A stretch of 64,000 nucleotides of DNA, taken from positions 1,984,001 to 2,048,000 of the forward strand of contig CM035361.1 in NCBI GenBank assembly GCA_020137815.1, in the 5' to 3' direction. The notes under the pieces are model-generated. The model made no database searches. It was given only the letters and a program-made list of their open reading frames with translations, and had not been told where the DNA came from. The position numbers and the translations under genes are program-made. Shown here in pieces: positions 14,406 to 26,668 of the stretch (its first letter is position 1; every line of letters starts with the position of its first letter). The DNA comes from Hormiphora californensis. Its lineage: Eukaryota; Animalia; Ctenophora.

Positions 14406-14811
14406 CAACCGCTCCATATATGACTCACGCAACGTCGCAACACGGACAGGAAGCTGGAAGAACAAAATATATGTGGTATGGCCTGACATGGATACGGCAT
14501 ATATATATTATGTTATGGAATTATTCGTTACGTCATTTATATATGACGAATTTCATTGAGCACGGAATGAAACAAGTAACCTGATTGCATCAACAGGCAC
14601 TTATAGTGATGTGGATTCATGTTTTAAAATCAAACAATTGTATGGTTTTAGAAACATGAGAAGAAACAGTATTCTTTTTACATTAAAATGGCAAATCATC
14701 ATATTGAAAGACCTCAAAATGAAACCCAAAGTCAAGTGCCAGACCCAAATTCTCCTGCAGTTCTCGGATAATGTATCACTTCCTCTTGATCTGAGAAGAG
14801 ATACTAGTTCG

Positions 14812-16522
14812 TCACTTCCTTGATGACCGCCTCCCTGAAGAAGGCTGATCCACCGCTGTCATTATCTTGACAAACTCCTTCAAATTTATCTTCCCATCTC
14901 CATCCAGGTCCGCCTGGGAAATGAGGGGAATATCAAGATCAGTCATCAGATATTGTACGGGCAAAGAAACAAGATCGATCACTGATCAGAAAAATGAATA
15001 AATTTTGAGATAAACTAGGGCTATCTTCTCTGGCGCGAGTGTGTATTTCTATCAGCTGAATTTTGTCCAATCGGCAAACCCCTTAGCAGTTCCGATTAAG
15101 ACAATCTGAATTCGTAAACAAGGTCCCTCCTTTCTAGAGCACCGTTGTCAAGCCCAGGCACTCAGAAGAAGGCACCCTGTTACCTGTTTAATCATGGCTC
15201 GAAGTTGTGTATCAGAGAGAGGCTGGCCGAGTGATAGCATTACATTCCTTAGTTCATCGTGAGTGATATAACCGCTCCTGTCCGTGTCAAAGAGGCGAAA
15301 CACTTCCGTGAGCTGTTGCTGGGGGTCCACACCCGGGTTACTGTGCCTGGAATGTGTGAAGAGTTAGAAGAAAGCATTTAAATTCTTCCTAAATCTTTCA
15401 TGAAGAGTTATAGGGAGGTATTCATGCATCATTCGACGATAGTAATTACACCGAAGGCATATCTTTTCGCTGATAGACTTTATCGAGTAAGTTAGAATGG
15501 GATATCAGAATTGGAACATATCAAAAAACAAACCTGGACATCATCTTTAGAAATTCACAAAAGTCTATAATCCCATCCCCGTTGCAATCTACTTCAGCTA
15601 TCATCTCCTGGAATCAGTGGAATCATTTATTGATTGAGACATTTAGGACTGGAATCAGTGGACATTTAGGAGTTCGAGATAACTTTAGTCTAGCAAAGCT
15701 GCCCATTACCCAATACTGATTCCATTGCATTTCCGATGAAGTCATTTTACTGTGCAATTATTTTGGTGATTTACTGGTTATCATGTCATATTTTAAAGTA
15801 GCATCACCTTTATCTCCCGTTGAGATGGTTTCAGTCCAATACTTCTCAACATGGCACCCAGTTCAGCTGTGGAAATTACCCCGTCCCCGTTTATATCAAA
15901 CTGCTTGAACGCACACTCGTACTCTTCCACCTGCAACATTGTGACAATGTGTCAACAATTATCAAACAAACCAGAAACTGTGTTGATATAAGGTAATTTC
16001 GGTGGCGTTGGAGTCTTCTCGAAATAAGGCTGATTCAGATAATCGCTCTGTGCATCATTTGGACCTAATTAATCAGAGTTTTACATACCTGTTCAACGGA
16101 AAGTGTAATAGGGGTCGGTTTACCGTTCCTCTTTCGAAACCCACCTGGAATGAAAGAGGGCTCTTTTTTCAGAAGCACATTAATAAACATGCATACGTAT
16201 CACTTATTAACTAATGTGCTCATCAAAAAGTCAGTAAATACAAGAATAATCTTACTATATAATGCAAAAACACCCGAAACTTGATCCCACCCATGCATGT
16301 TTCGTGGTCCCTAAATCGTCGTCATCAAGATCAGATCACGTAACAAGTAGCATGCTAGGAGCAACCCACGTGCATGATCAGATCACCCCACTGAGGATCA
16401 GATCCCCCCACCCAAGATCAGATCATCCCATAGAGGATCAGATCACCCCACCCATGATCAGATCACCCAAGTGAGAGAGAGAGAGAAGAGAGAGAGAGAG
16501 AGGAGGGAGAGAGAGAGGGAGA

Positions 16523-16553
<31 letters not shown>

Positions 16554-18848
16554 GGGGAGAGAGAGAGAGAGAGAGAGGGGGGGAGAGAGAGTACTAAGAG
16601 GAAACTGAGAAGTGAGAGATATGAAAAACGATCAGGTTTAAACCATCCGTAGGATGGTGTGGGTCCACTAGTACCCATTAATCCACAATAGATAACCATA
16701 AGAACCAGATCCCGTTTCAAAATATGCAAGCAAGTATTATGTGGAAGCAAGAAGTCTAACTAGAAAGTTCTAGTTAGATCTGGATCACAGGAGGAGCGGT
16801 TATTATTGCAGACTGAGAGGATTTTACAAGAGAAAAAATTAGACTCCTTTAATTCATGTAACAATTAGTATGAATCACAAATGAAGCGGACTGGTAGCTA
16901 AATAGTTGTAGCTAAATAGTTGTAGCTGCTTGATTTTATGCACATTCATAACGATTAGTATGATCATATTATAATGATAATAACTTTGCTTTATGATCCA
17001 TAAAGCGAAGTTTTTTATCTAGAAAGTACTAACTTCTTGCAGAATTTGAAAGAATGAAGTACTAACTGCCTGCTGAATTTGAAAGAATGAAGTACTAACT
17101 GCCTGCTGAATTTGAAAGAATGAAGTACTAACTGCCTGCTGAATTTGAAAGAATGAAGTACTAACTGCCTGCTGAATTTGAAAGAATGAAGTACTAACTG
17201 CCTGCTGAATTTGAAAGAATGAAGTACTAACTGCCTGCTGAATTTGAAAGAATGAAGTACTAACTGCCTGCTGAATTTGAAAGAATGAAGTACTAACTGC
17301 CTGCTGAATTTGAAAGAAAGTTTCCAATCTGTGCAACTGAAACCTCCCCATCGATTGTCAAGTTGGGAAGTTGCTCGCATCCTCCACCTCCTTCTTCACT
17401 ACTGAAAACACACCACAAGTTAAAAACGGACAAACATTTATGTATGGTACCACTCTAGTAGCTTACTGATTAAAAGACATTAATCACTGCTCAGAAGTAA
17501 AACAGAACATCTTTGTAATTTTCAAAACCTAAGTGCATTTATCATACCTTTTCCTCCGTCTACTAGTACCAATTGGTAGATGCACGGCATGTCGCTGATA
17601 GTTGTCAGCAGTACTACTACACCCTGCAGTAGCGCTGCTCAGCAGTTCCTCTGGTGTTGAGGGTAACTCTGACCGGGCTTGTCGGAGTTCTGATGCAGCC
17701 TGCAATATGTTAGAAAGGTGATACAGCCCGCAGGTGAATAAAGAGATAAAACTTGTTTTCACCTTGAAATGGGTAAGCTGAACCTAGCTATTGTGTGTTT
17801 GTGCTAGCTGTTGTTTAAATAATTGATTAAAACTCGCCTCATCTTCATGCTGAAGCTTTTTGGAAGCGGTGTTAAAAAGTTGAGCTAGCAGCTCAGAAGT
17901 GGAGCGACGGGGCTGTTGAGAGGAGGACACGATGATGATGAGATGAAGCACGGTAATGTAGAAAACATAAATATCATCCGATGAACGTGCCTCTTGCAAT
18001 GGGAACACACAATTATAATAGAATAAACAGACCTAAATATTTAATAATCGGTGTATGTTTAAATACTAAAGTATATATGCTAATATTAGTACTAAACTAA
18101 TTCAAAAAGACAAAACAGTAATCTGCTCTAATAGGAAGGATTGAAATATGGAAAGAGCTAGTGTGTAATTAGTTACTGAAGGAAGAAACTATAGCTAGTC
18201 GGTGTAGCTAGTCGGTACATTGAAATATTATCATGATGGTCTAATTAAGAAACCGAAGCAAGTGATTAACTATAATATATAATATTATAATGAAATTACT
18301 TCATTGAAATTAAGTAAGTGACTATCAATGAAATTAAAATAGTGTCATTGATAATATTTTAATTGCTCTAAATGTGTAGTAAAATAGACACAAGACACAC
18401 GGAACGAATATATATCGTTTGACGTATTATATCCAGTGAGGGCAATGAAGCAAAGTTATTTTATCGGCATTTTGCTGCATAGAGATTAAATCTTTCGAGA
18501 TAATTATAGTACGTGATTAACTTAATATACGGCAAAGAATTAAAACATGTAACACATCTATAAACAACGCCTAAAGGGAATGAATTCTACCTAAATACTA
18601 ATGGAAACAAATAAAACTTATGAAAGAGAGAGATCAAGCAATCAAAAATTGGATTCCTGTTTATGAGGTCTCGGTAAATCTGATACGACTATACAGGAAC
18701 CACATACCGGTTTCTGATGATGATGGTATCCGGCTGTGAGGGCTCTGTTACGGTGAGCTTGTTTGTGTCCATACTGCCGGTTAAATATCGCCTGAACCAA
18801 CTTTGGGGGTGCACTGGGGTACTCCGAAACAGTCCTTCTTCGAAGCAT
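14812..18848 (-). CDS. Calmodulin-like 4-EF-hand protein with ~183-aa N-terminal extension, ~336 aa
   Basis: EF-hand exons 15930-15808 (FDINGDGVISTAEL), 15607-15534 (VDCNGDGIIDFCEF), 15346-15184 (FDTDRSGYITHDEL), 14913-14812 (ADLDGDGKINLKEF) are secure. Upstream in-phase exons 18848-18708, 17912-17838, 17783-17763, 17699-17548, 17401-17298, 16144-16089 are less secure (need one GC-AG intron). Confidence 0.85.
16365..16590. repeat. Degenerate GATCAGATCACCCCA repeats followed by (AG)n
   Basis: About six gatcagatc(a)ccc units in 16365-16470, then AG run; intronic. Confidence 0.8.
17024..17318. repeat. 33-bp minisatellite, ~9 copies, each containing an exon end and GTTAGT donor (minus strand)
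   Basis: Unit gaatttgaaagaatgaagtactaactgcctgct; actaac at 17028 and every 33 bp to 17292. Confidence 0.95.
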
Positions 18849-20294
18849 GGCCTTTACAACTGTAGTCGGAGATCGATCGTTTGAGCAGGGATGTCGAATG
18901 GAATTGTTATAAGATTTGTTGAGTAACTCAACAAGATAAGATGTGAGATCTCACCTTATTTGACACTCAAAGGACGCTAGCTAGAGTTTAGAGTGTACGT
19001 GTCTTACAATAAAGACAGTGTCTTACAGGGTAAAGACAGCGTATGGGATTATATAAGTTAGATCCTTGCAACTTAAACCACGACTAATCACAGTACCTGA
19101 AACATTTAATACAAATCTTGGATGGTTGCCCTTGACGTAGTGAAAATATACTGACATGAATTAGGGATTTAGGAAAATGGAAAATAGAGGGTTATAATTG
19201 ACTTAACTTGACTGAGTGGAATTCTGGGACAATTTTCGACGTTTTCACCAGTCACAGACATCACCTCGTTTCATGGCATCATACCGATGGAAGTTCACGG
19301 AAGCTTTTCCTTTCTCACAGTCTAATTATTGGAGCTTCTAGCTTGCTAGTCATTATCCCATACGAAGCATTGTGTGTGACTGTGTTTGTTGTAAAGAGTG
19401 TGGAATGTGTAGTGGGGGGGGGGGGGGGGTCGGCGTGTGTGGTACTGGTAACCCAATCTCCCTGGAAGAGGTGATCTAACAGCTAGTTTGCAGCTGTTGT
19501 TATAGTTCCATTCCGCTATATATCGAGTATCGGAATTCCTTGTCCCTTGGTGTATCCTGTTCACACCGCAAAGGAAGTCACAAAAGACTTCCTAGATAGT
19601 ATATCGTTTATCACTGGTCTTTGAATGTTTCGGTACGACCCTTTCTCTTTTGCTCCATTTTGTTGTAGAGCTTTCACTCTTCAGCACCCTTCCCACTCTT
19701 TAGTTTTCACTCATTACCTACATTCCTTTCTCTCTTTTGTACAAACTGTGTTAGAAGCTGTGCCTCTATACACGGCCACACGTAACTACGCTCTGAACGC
19801 GTGATCTTACCACACACATAGTGTACAGTTACAATTCTGTAGTTGCGCTTCCTTCTATAGAGTAACCTCGTACATACCTACTCATAGCTCTTCCTACATT
19901 TATCTTCCCAATACTGTTTGTGTTGTGATCTTGGTTACCTAAGTATAATATTTGTATTGTGAGAGATTTTCAATTAGCTCACATCCCAGCTCTGAATACA
20001 TAATTTATGCAAATATCATATTTTGGCTGAATCCCAATATGGAACGTGAATCCCAATATTATGTACCCCACAAAATTCCACTCTATTATTCTCTAGTGTA
20101 AGTCGTCTCACGACTCATTTTATCTCAGTTATATAAACACTTTCTATCTTGTATGTGTGTGTGTGTATGTGAAGTTGAACTCATTTGTTTACCTAGCTTA
20201 CAGTCTTACACTGTAATATATCGTAATTGCTTCTATACAATCCCATTAGCTCTATCTTTGGCTTGTTGTGTGTGTATTTCTTCAGTAACGCGTC

Positions 20295-21868
20295 ATGGTA
20301 AGTAGAATTGTACATTTCATACTTTTACCTGTGTACAATTTGGTATACCATTTTAAATGTATACTACACGGTAAGGTTCTTGACACAGTTGTGTACCAAA
20401 TGGTATAGAAAACTATTCTTCAACATGCATTTCCTTACCGCATGGAACTGATATATACAGTTTGTTGAATACAGTTTCTTCACTTCAAATGGTGCCTTTT
20501 AATAATATTCCTCTCTTCCTCAGAGTGGTTACCCGCCACCCCACGGACAAGGAGGTTACCCTCCTAATGCTCCCCCGGGCGCCTACCCACCTCAGCAGGT
20601 ACAAACCTAGGATTAATGTTTCAACAAAAAAACTGTCAGGCCAATTATAATCTGACCTCTGTTTTCATACGCTCTAAGAATCAGGCCACCAGGGTTTTGA
20701 TGAATTATTTGGAAGGAAAGTTAACACTTGTCTGTGTCTTCAAGGGCCTAGAAATGATGCTTTCAATTCATTATCTGACTCTCCCCTACAGCCGGGTGCC
20801 TATCCTCCCCAGGCAGGATACCCACCCCAACCTGGTGCATACCCTGCCCAACCCGGATATCCCGCACAGCCTGGATATCCCGGTGCTCAACCGGGTTATC
20901 CTCCCGCTCAGCCTGGAGCTTACCCACCACAAGGTAAGAAACTATAAATAGTAACAAAATGATATTATATTTACCCGGCAGTTATGATTTCCAAACAACC
21001 GAAGTATTTAGTTCTTTTATATGTTTGTATATTTTCTATAATTCTGACGGTTCCTTCCTCTAACAGCAGGTTACCGGCCCCCAGCCGGTGGAGCTTATCC
21101 CCCTGGCAACCCTTACGCAGCTGCAGGACCCACTGCTCCACGTATGTTAAGCAATTTTTAAAACCACGTCTACTCATTTGTCCAGCCGGAAGGAGAAAAC
21201 AAAACTTCCTCACATTTTTTTATGTTACACCTGTTGCTCAATGTTTTAAATCAAAAGTCAACCATCCATCCGGATGTCATGCATACTTACTTTTATTTCG
21301 ATCATCAAGCATCATGAACGCTCTAATTTTCAGGTATGGCAGGGTATGACGGAGCTCGTGCCCCAGCAGGAGCTTACCCTCCCACCGCCGGGGGTTACCC
21401 ACCGTCAGCTGCCCATTACGGCGGTGCTAAAGGTTATAAAAAGAACAAAGGTACTGACCACAGACGATTATTGACTTGGACTATACTTACAAAATGCAAA
21501 CACCTTAATTAATTGTTATTTTGATAAATAAATTGGGAATATTTCAGCCCACAAGCCTGCAAAGTATGGTTCAGCGATGCCTGCCGGTTACATGGGTGCT
21601 GCTCATGTGCAGATGAAGATGGGCAAGAAAGGAAAAATGAGTAAGTGCATTTTAAAAAACCAAGCAATTCTTTCTCAACTAGCCACTGCCAACGTAATTA
21701 TATGTGTATTTGAATTTTTGGCGAAGGTTTTTAGTAGCTCTAACTTTCTTCTTTTTTTCAGAGAAAATGAAGCCAAAGAAGATGAAGAAGTTCAAGGGAA
21801 AGAAGCACGGTGGTGGTTCCTCCTCATCTTCATCATCTTCCTCATCTTCATCTTCCAGCAGTGATTAG
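20295..21868 (+). CDS. PRR13-like Pro/Gly/Tyr/Gln-rich protein with Lys/Met-rich segment and poly-Ser tail, ~203 aa
   Basis: Exons 20295-20297 (ATG only), 20524-20598, 20792-20933, 21067-21141, 21334-21450, 21548-21640, 21762-21868: M|SGYPPPHGQGGYPP...PGAYPPQ...KMGKKGKMKKMKPKKMKKFKGKKHGGGSSSSSSSSSSSSSSSD*. Architecture resembles vertebrate proline-rich protein 13; low complexity, orthology unproven. Confidence 0.85.
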
Positions 21869-23170
21869 CTGTGAAACACATGAATTTAGTTGGCTTCTGG
21901 TGATGGGCGATATTATGTAGAGTGAATGGGTTTAAAATACATCAACATACTTTTGATGCTATTTTAGAACTTTTAGACAATATATTGTGAGATTATGAAT
22001 GACAATACAGAATGAATTGTTATGCTACTTTTTGTCAAATCGAAATCTCACGTCAATGATTTGATTTACTAATTGGTAACATTTGCATTCATTTGTAGTT
22101 CTATTAAAAAATATGACTATAATGCTCTAAATTCGGCGTTCCTTCAGAAGTTTCTCAGCCGTTGCTAATTCGAATGGGGGAATCATAGAAACACTTGATA
22201 TTTGAAAGAAAATTTTAAAACTAACACTACTTCAAACTAGGTGGTTCATCTACGCAAAACTTATAATGTCTACTCTCACTCACTCACACAAAAGTCGCAC
22301 ACTGACGCTGCACAGTCGACGTTTTTATACAAAAATCTCTAAAACAGATCTAAAGATATGATTTTGTAATTAAAAAAGGTATTTAATTACTATATCTATT
22401 GATTCGTTGATTTTGGATTCTGTTCTAAAAATACTTGTTCAATTTGCTACTGATGACTTGACATAAATGTTCATATCTAGATTAGTTGAACTCGACTGTG
22501 CTTTATATTCAAAATATGTAACGATTGAGTAAGGAAACGATCACCTACAGATATTCCGTGGAGTCAAATGAATTATCAAATTAAAACTGATAATATCATT
22601 TGACTCCATAAATCGGTGTGCATATCTCAGGGACAAGAATTCCTCATCTCTCTTTGTTACAATTAAAGTTCCAAAAAATAAAGTCATTTAGTTAATTACG
22701 TTCGTATGCTGTACCGAGACTTTGTTCTGACTCTAGTTTCACTAACTGGTTTCTCTACGTATCATTTATTTGTTTGTTCAGTCAAAGTCCCGGCACAATA
22801 CAGCGACACAAACTCATAAATAACTTTGAAAACATTATGTAATTCTTTTCTTGGAACGTTATATGTGACTGGAATATATATTGCGTTTAAAATCCGCATA
22901 ACATAATTTAAATTCGGTGATAATTTATATAATTTTCACTTTAACCTCGACTAAGGAAATATTCGCTTACAACGTGTTAAGGTGTGTCTAATTTTAACTA
23001 TTACACACTGCTTCAGATTGTAATTCTGGGGATTTAACATCAAAATATTTTAAAAAAGAATTAAATTATCAGTCTAAAATTGGCGACATAATGTTCAGAC
23101 ACATGTGCCTGGCTCTAGCGAATTTCAGTACATTCATTGGGTTATATTGATATAGTCAAACTAGGACGTA

Positions 23171-23719
23171 TTACAGATTTTCAGGAATTTTCGTTGCTTC
23201 CTCCTCTGCAGCAGAATCCTGAAGATAAAACATGACTTTATATATAAAAATTAGAACCATGTAACAGATTCATACTAGATGTACAAATTATATGAGATTG
23301 ATATGATAAAAACAGGTCAGAGAGTAATTTAGAATTCGTTATTACCGTTATTCGATACATAAAATTGACGTCCACTTTCCGGGCCTTCCGGGTCATGGAT
23401 TCCTGTTCCTCGTGATTAGGACTTTGTGTCATATGGAAATTAAATTCAACATCCTGGACCATCATGAAGAAAGAAGGATCTGGAGTTTCTACTTCATCTG
23501 AACAAAGAACAAGTTAGATAATGATGCAGATGCGACATATTGAAAAGGATCAACCTAGAAATTAATAGAACATTCATCTAATTTAAGTCATGAACCTATG
23601 TCTAGAAAATCTTGATTTCTCCCAAACTTACCGACATCTGTAAAAGTGTAGATGGGTGCTGTGTTAACTATAGTGAAGCTCAGGGCCATTGTAAACGCGA
23701 CCCACGCACCAGTGGACAT
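23171..23719 (-). CDS. Small orphan protein with probable signal peptide, 95 aa
   Basis: Exons 23719-23632, 23497-23346, 23218-23171 with canonical sites, in phase: MSTGAWVAFTMALSFTIVNTAPIYTFTDVDEVETPDPSFFMMVQDVEFNFHMTQSPNHEEQESMTRKARKVDVNFMYRITDSAAEEEATKIPENL*. Confidence 0.7.
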
Positions 23720-24066
23720 GTCACTTAGTGGAGAGCTACAGGAATTTAAGGATCAGTTTGGAGAGCTAAACAAACCGGTAAAAGGATTTAAATTGTAAAA
23801 CAACACCCGATCAAATATCAATCGTATCATCATCGCTCTATAGCAATGGTTTTGTAATAAATAATAACAAAATAACGACGGCTGTTTTAAATTATTATAT
23901 ACTGATGTATGAAATTGAGACTACAGAAACTGATATTGAAGCTATTGAAGCTGTAGAGAGTTATGCAGCTCTGCAAGAGGTATTTCGTTTGTAGGGTGTC
24001 AAATCGAGACGCACCCCTGATGGTTGAAGCCCCGCCCTACAATCGGTAAACAGTAAAATTATAGAC

Positions 24067-24069
<3 letters not shown>

Positions 24070-24141
<72 letters not shown>

Positions 24142-24240
24142 CCTCTCTCTATCTATATATCTCTATCTATCTATCTATCTATCTGTATATCTCTCTATCT
24201 CTCTCTTCTCTCTATCTATCTATCTCTCTCTCTCTCTCTT
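24070..24240. repeat. (CT)n/(CTAT)n microsatellite
   Basis: CT run grading into CTAT units. Confidence 0.95.
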
Positions 24241-25560
24241 TTTGAGAGTGAATGAAACCATTTATACTCAGACAAAAATACACCTCCGAAAGGGTGAAAA
24301 GTAGACATTTTATCTGAGTGAGTGCTCCTTATCTCAAACCACTGCATTTCCTATGACGTCACGCATCTGCCAAAATTTTATAAAAAAATTGAATAAATGA
24401 ATAATATATGCTGTAGACTGCCTTTTCAAGGTTTTTTTTTGCAACAAAAACTGCTTTGGATAAGTACTAGCGTCTGCAGTAGTAGGGAGAATTCTAGGAC
24501 ACGTCTTGATAATGCAAGTAAGACTAAGATAGGAATTGAATTTTAGACAACAGACTTTATCAAGGAATCTATAAATATGTCAGGTAACTAAATCGCTACT
24601 AAAATAACACTCCCATACTGACATTAGGATATTAGAACCCTTAAAATTCCCCTTACATCTATCCATCTAACTCTATCTTTCTATATCTCTCTATCTATCT
24701 TTCTACCTATCTCTCTCGCTCTCTCTCTATCTCTCTCTCCCTCTCTCTCTATTCCATATTATTCTACTATAAAAGTTCCCCTTCCTTATCCCACCCATGA
24801 AATCATGAGAAACCCGGAGTCCGGACTCCGGGATGGAATGCCAACCCGGAAATACCAAACACTATTCAACCCTCGATAGTCGACATACCGTACTTCCTAA
24901 ATAATCACTCGTTACTCAACAAATAACCACAGTTTCGACAACTCTTATAGTTATAACAATATTATCATTTCTACACACGCTCAGACCCCGTAGAATATCA
25001 CGGAGCATATAAGATTTTAAGAGCGGAAAGTGATGATTGTCAATTTAAAGGTCTTATTTATAGTGCCACTGAGTGTCACAAAAATCTTCAGATTGGATGA
25101 TGTAATCTCCTTGACTAAAGACGTATCAAAGGTTGTCATATGTCGGGCACCGAAATTGGTATTTAGAAGTAGAAACTCACTGCTCAAAATAGAAGTTACA
25201 TCATCCATGGTATAACAAATTGAACCCCCATTGAACAGCAGATATCTAAGTATCTTTCATGGAATTGCTACTTGGAGAAAGAAGAGGGATGTCAAAGAAT
25301 AAATCAACTATTGGATTGACGTACTACCAATACAGAACAAAGAAAATCAAGTTTGCTTCAATTTAGTATTTGTACCTTACAAGCAGGAGCTACGAATTTT
25401 ATTTTATCCAGGATAAGTATCGGATAATTGTTTATGACCCGCATGATAATACCTAGTTTGTAGAGATGGTATCTCCTTTCGGCTTGATCAACAGGGACAA
25501 AATGAAATTACGGTGTTTTATTAAACGGAACAGTTTCGATGTCACAACATCTTCATCAGC

Positions 25561-25597
25561 CTCAAATTAATTTGTTTAAAGTAGTGTTGAAAAGTTT
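25561..25597 (-). other. Spliced-leader (SL) exon-like sequence not followed by a GT donor
   Basis: Minus strand reads AAACTTTTCAACACTACTTTAAACAAATTAATTTGAG|gctgatg; matches the 3' 37 nt of the Pleurobrachia/Hormiphora SL as I recall it; needs alignment to confirm. Confidence 0.75.
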
Positions 25598-26575
25598 TAT
25601 GTAGAAACACTAAGCTGAAAGATCATATATATTATATAATAAGTATGGGTGAGTAGCAAATACTGGTTCTTTGAATTTTGACTGAGTGAGGAACTATCAA
25701 GCTTGACAAAAATAATACGGCAAAGGAAAAAAGGGAAGGAACTGAATCATAGATCAATCATAAATTAATTTGCTAAGCAAGAGAGTATACAAGATTTAAT
25801 TACTTCCAAAGAGTTTCCTGCAGGATTCGAAAGAGTTCCTTCATTGCAGCTCTGCAGAATATAAAATCAAAGAATTTTTCAAGCACTGCCAACATGCAAC
25901 AAAAATGTCTTGATTCTAACACCGCAAGTCCTCTCTTCAGTTTTTTGGCAAGCCTCGCCCAACCGTGGTGTAAAGAATGGACAGTTCGCAACTCTTCTGC
26001 CAGCTAGGTCTCCCTCACTCTCACATGGTATCTTCATTAATGCTTTCTTCTTTCCCTCTCAGTTCTTTCCCAATTCTCATTTCTTTCCTTCTCTCCCTCT
26101 CCCAGTATCTTCCCTCTTCTTTTCACTGTCTCTCTTCAAAGTTTCCGGGTGGCTTATTAGCACTAGAGCCGCGTGATCTAGTCTGCAGCTAAAATAGGGC
26201 AACCCTAGAAAGAAAAAAGAGAGGGGAGCCACACAGAGAGAGAAAGAGAACAAATCATTCAAGGAGAACACTTGATAGTTATAACGGGGGCGATAATTAT
26301 CGCTATTTCAAATCAAATCGGAACTATGGCCCCTTAAATAATGTCGGAGACAGAGAAAAAACTCACAGACTCATGGGGTAGTCGAGATCCTAAAAAGGAA
26401 GCGAATATTAGTGAACAAAAAACTCTCTTCCGGTTGGATGGTTTTCCTGTTTTTACATCATTATCACTTATCAATTATCACCCCAGACACTCCTTGGCAT
26501 TTAACATGACAGTGGCTTTTGGTGTTGCCGTGGCAGTGGGAAAGCCGGAAGTGAAGTAACAGGACAAATGTCGAC

Positions 26576-26668
26576 CAGGAACCGACCGAAACAAGTAAAC
26601 AACCAATCAGAACTCGTTATTTAGGTCACGTGACTGGTTATCAGCCAATCAGGGACCAGTATTTCCTG
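26576..26668. mobile_element. 93-bp hAT-like miniature element
   Basis: Short TIR caggaa..ttcctg; 8-bp flanking repeat atgtcgac / ctgtcgac (7/8); interior has two ccaatcag and a gtcacgtgac palindrome. Confidence 0.75.

Noticed and set aside
17024-17318. CRISPR-like regular repeats
   Set aside because: Head-to-tail units with no unique spacers, eukaryotic intron context, no cas genes.
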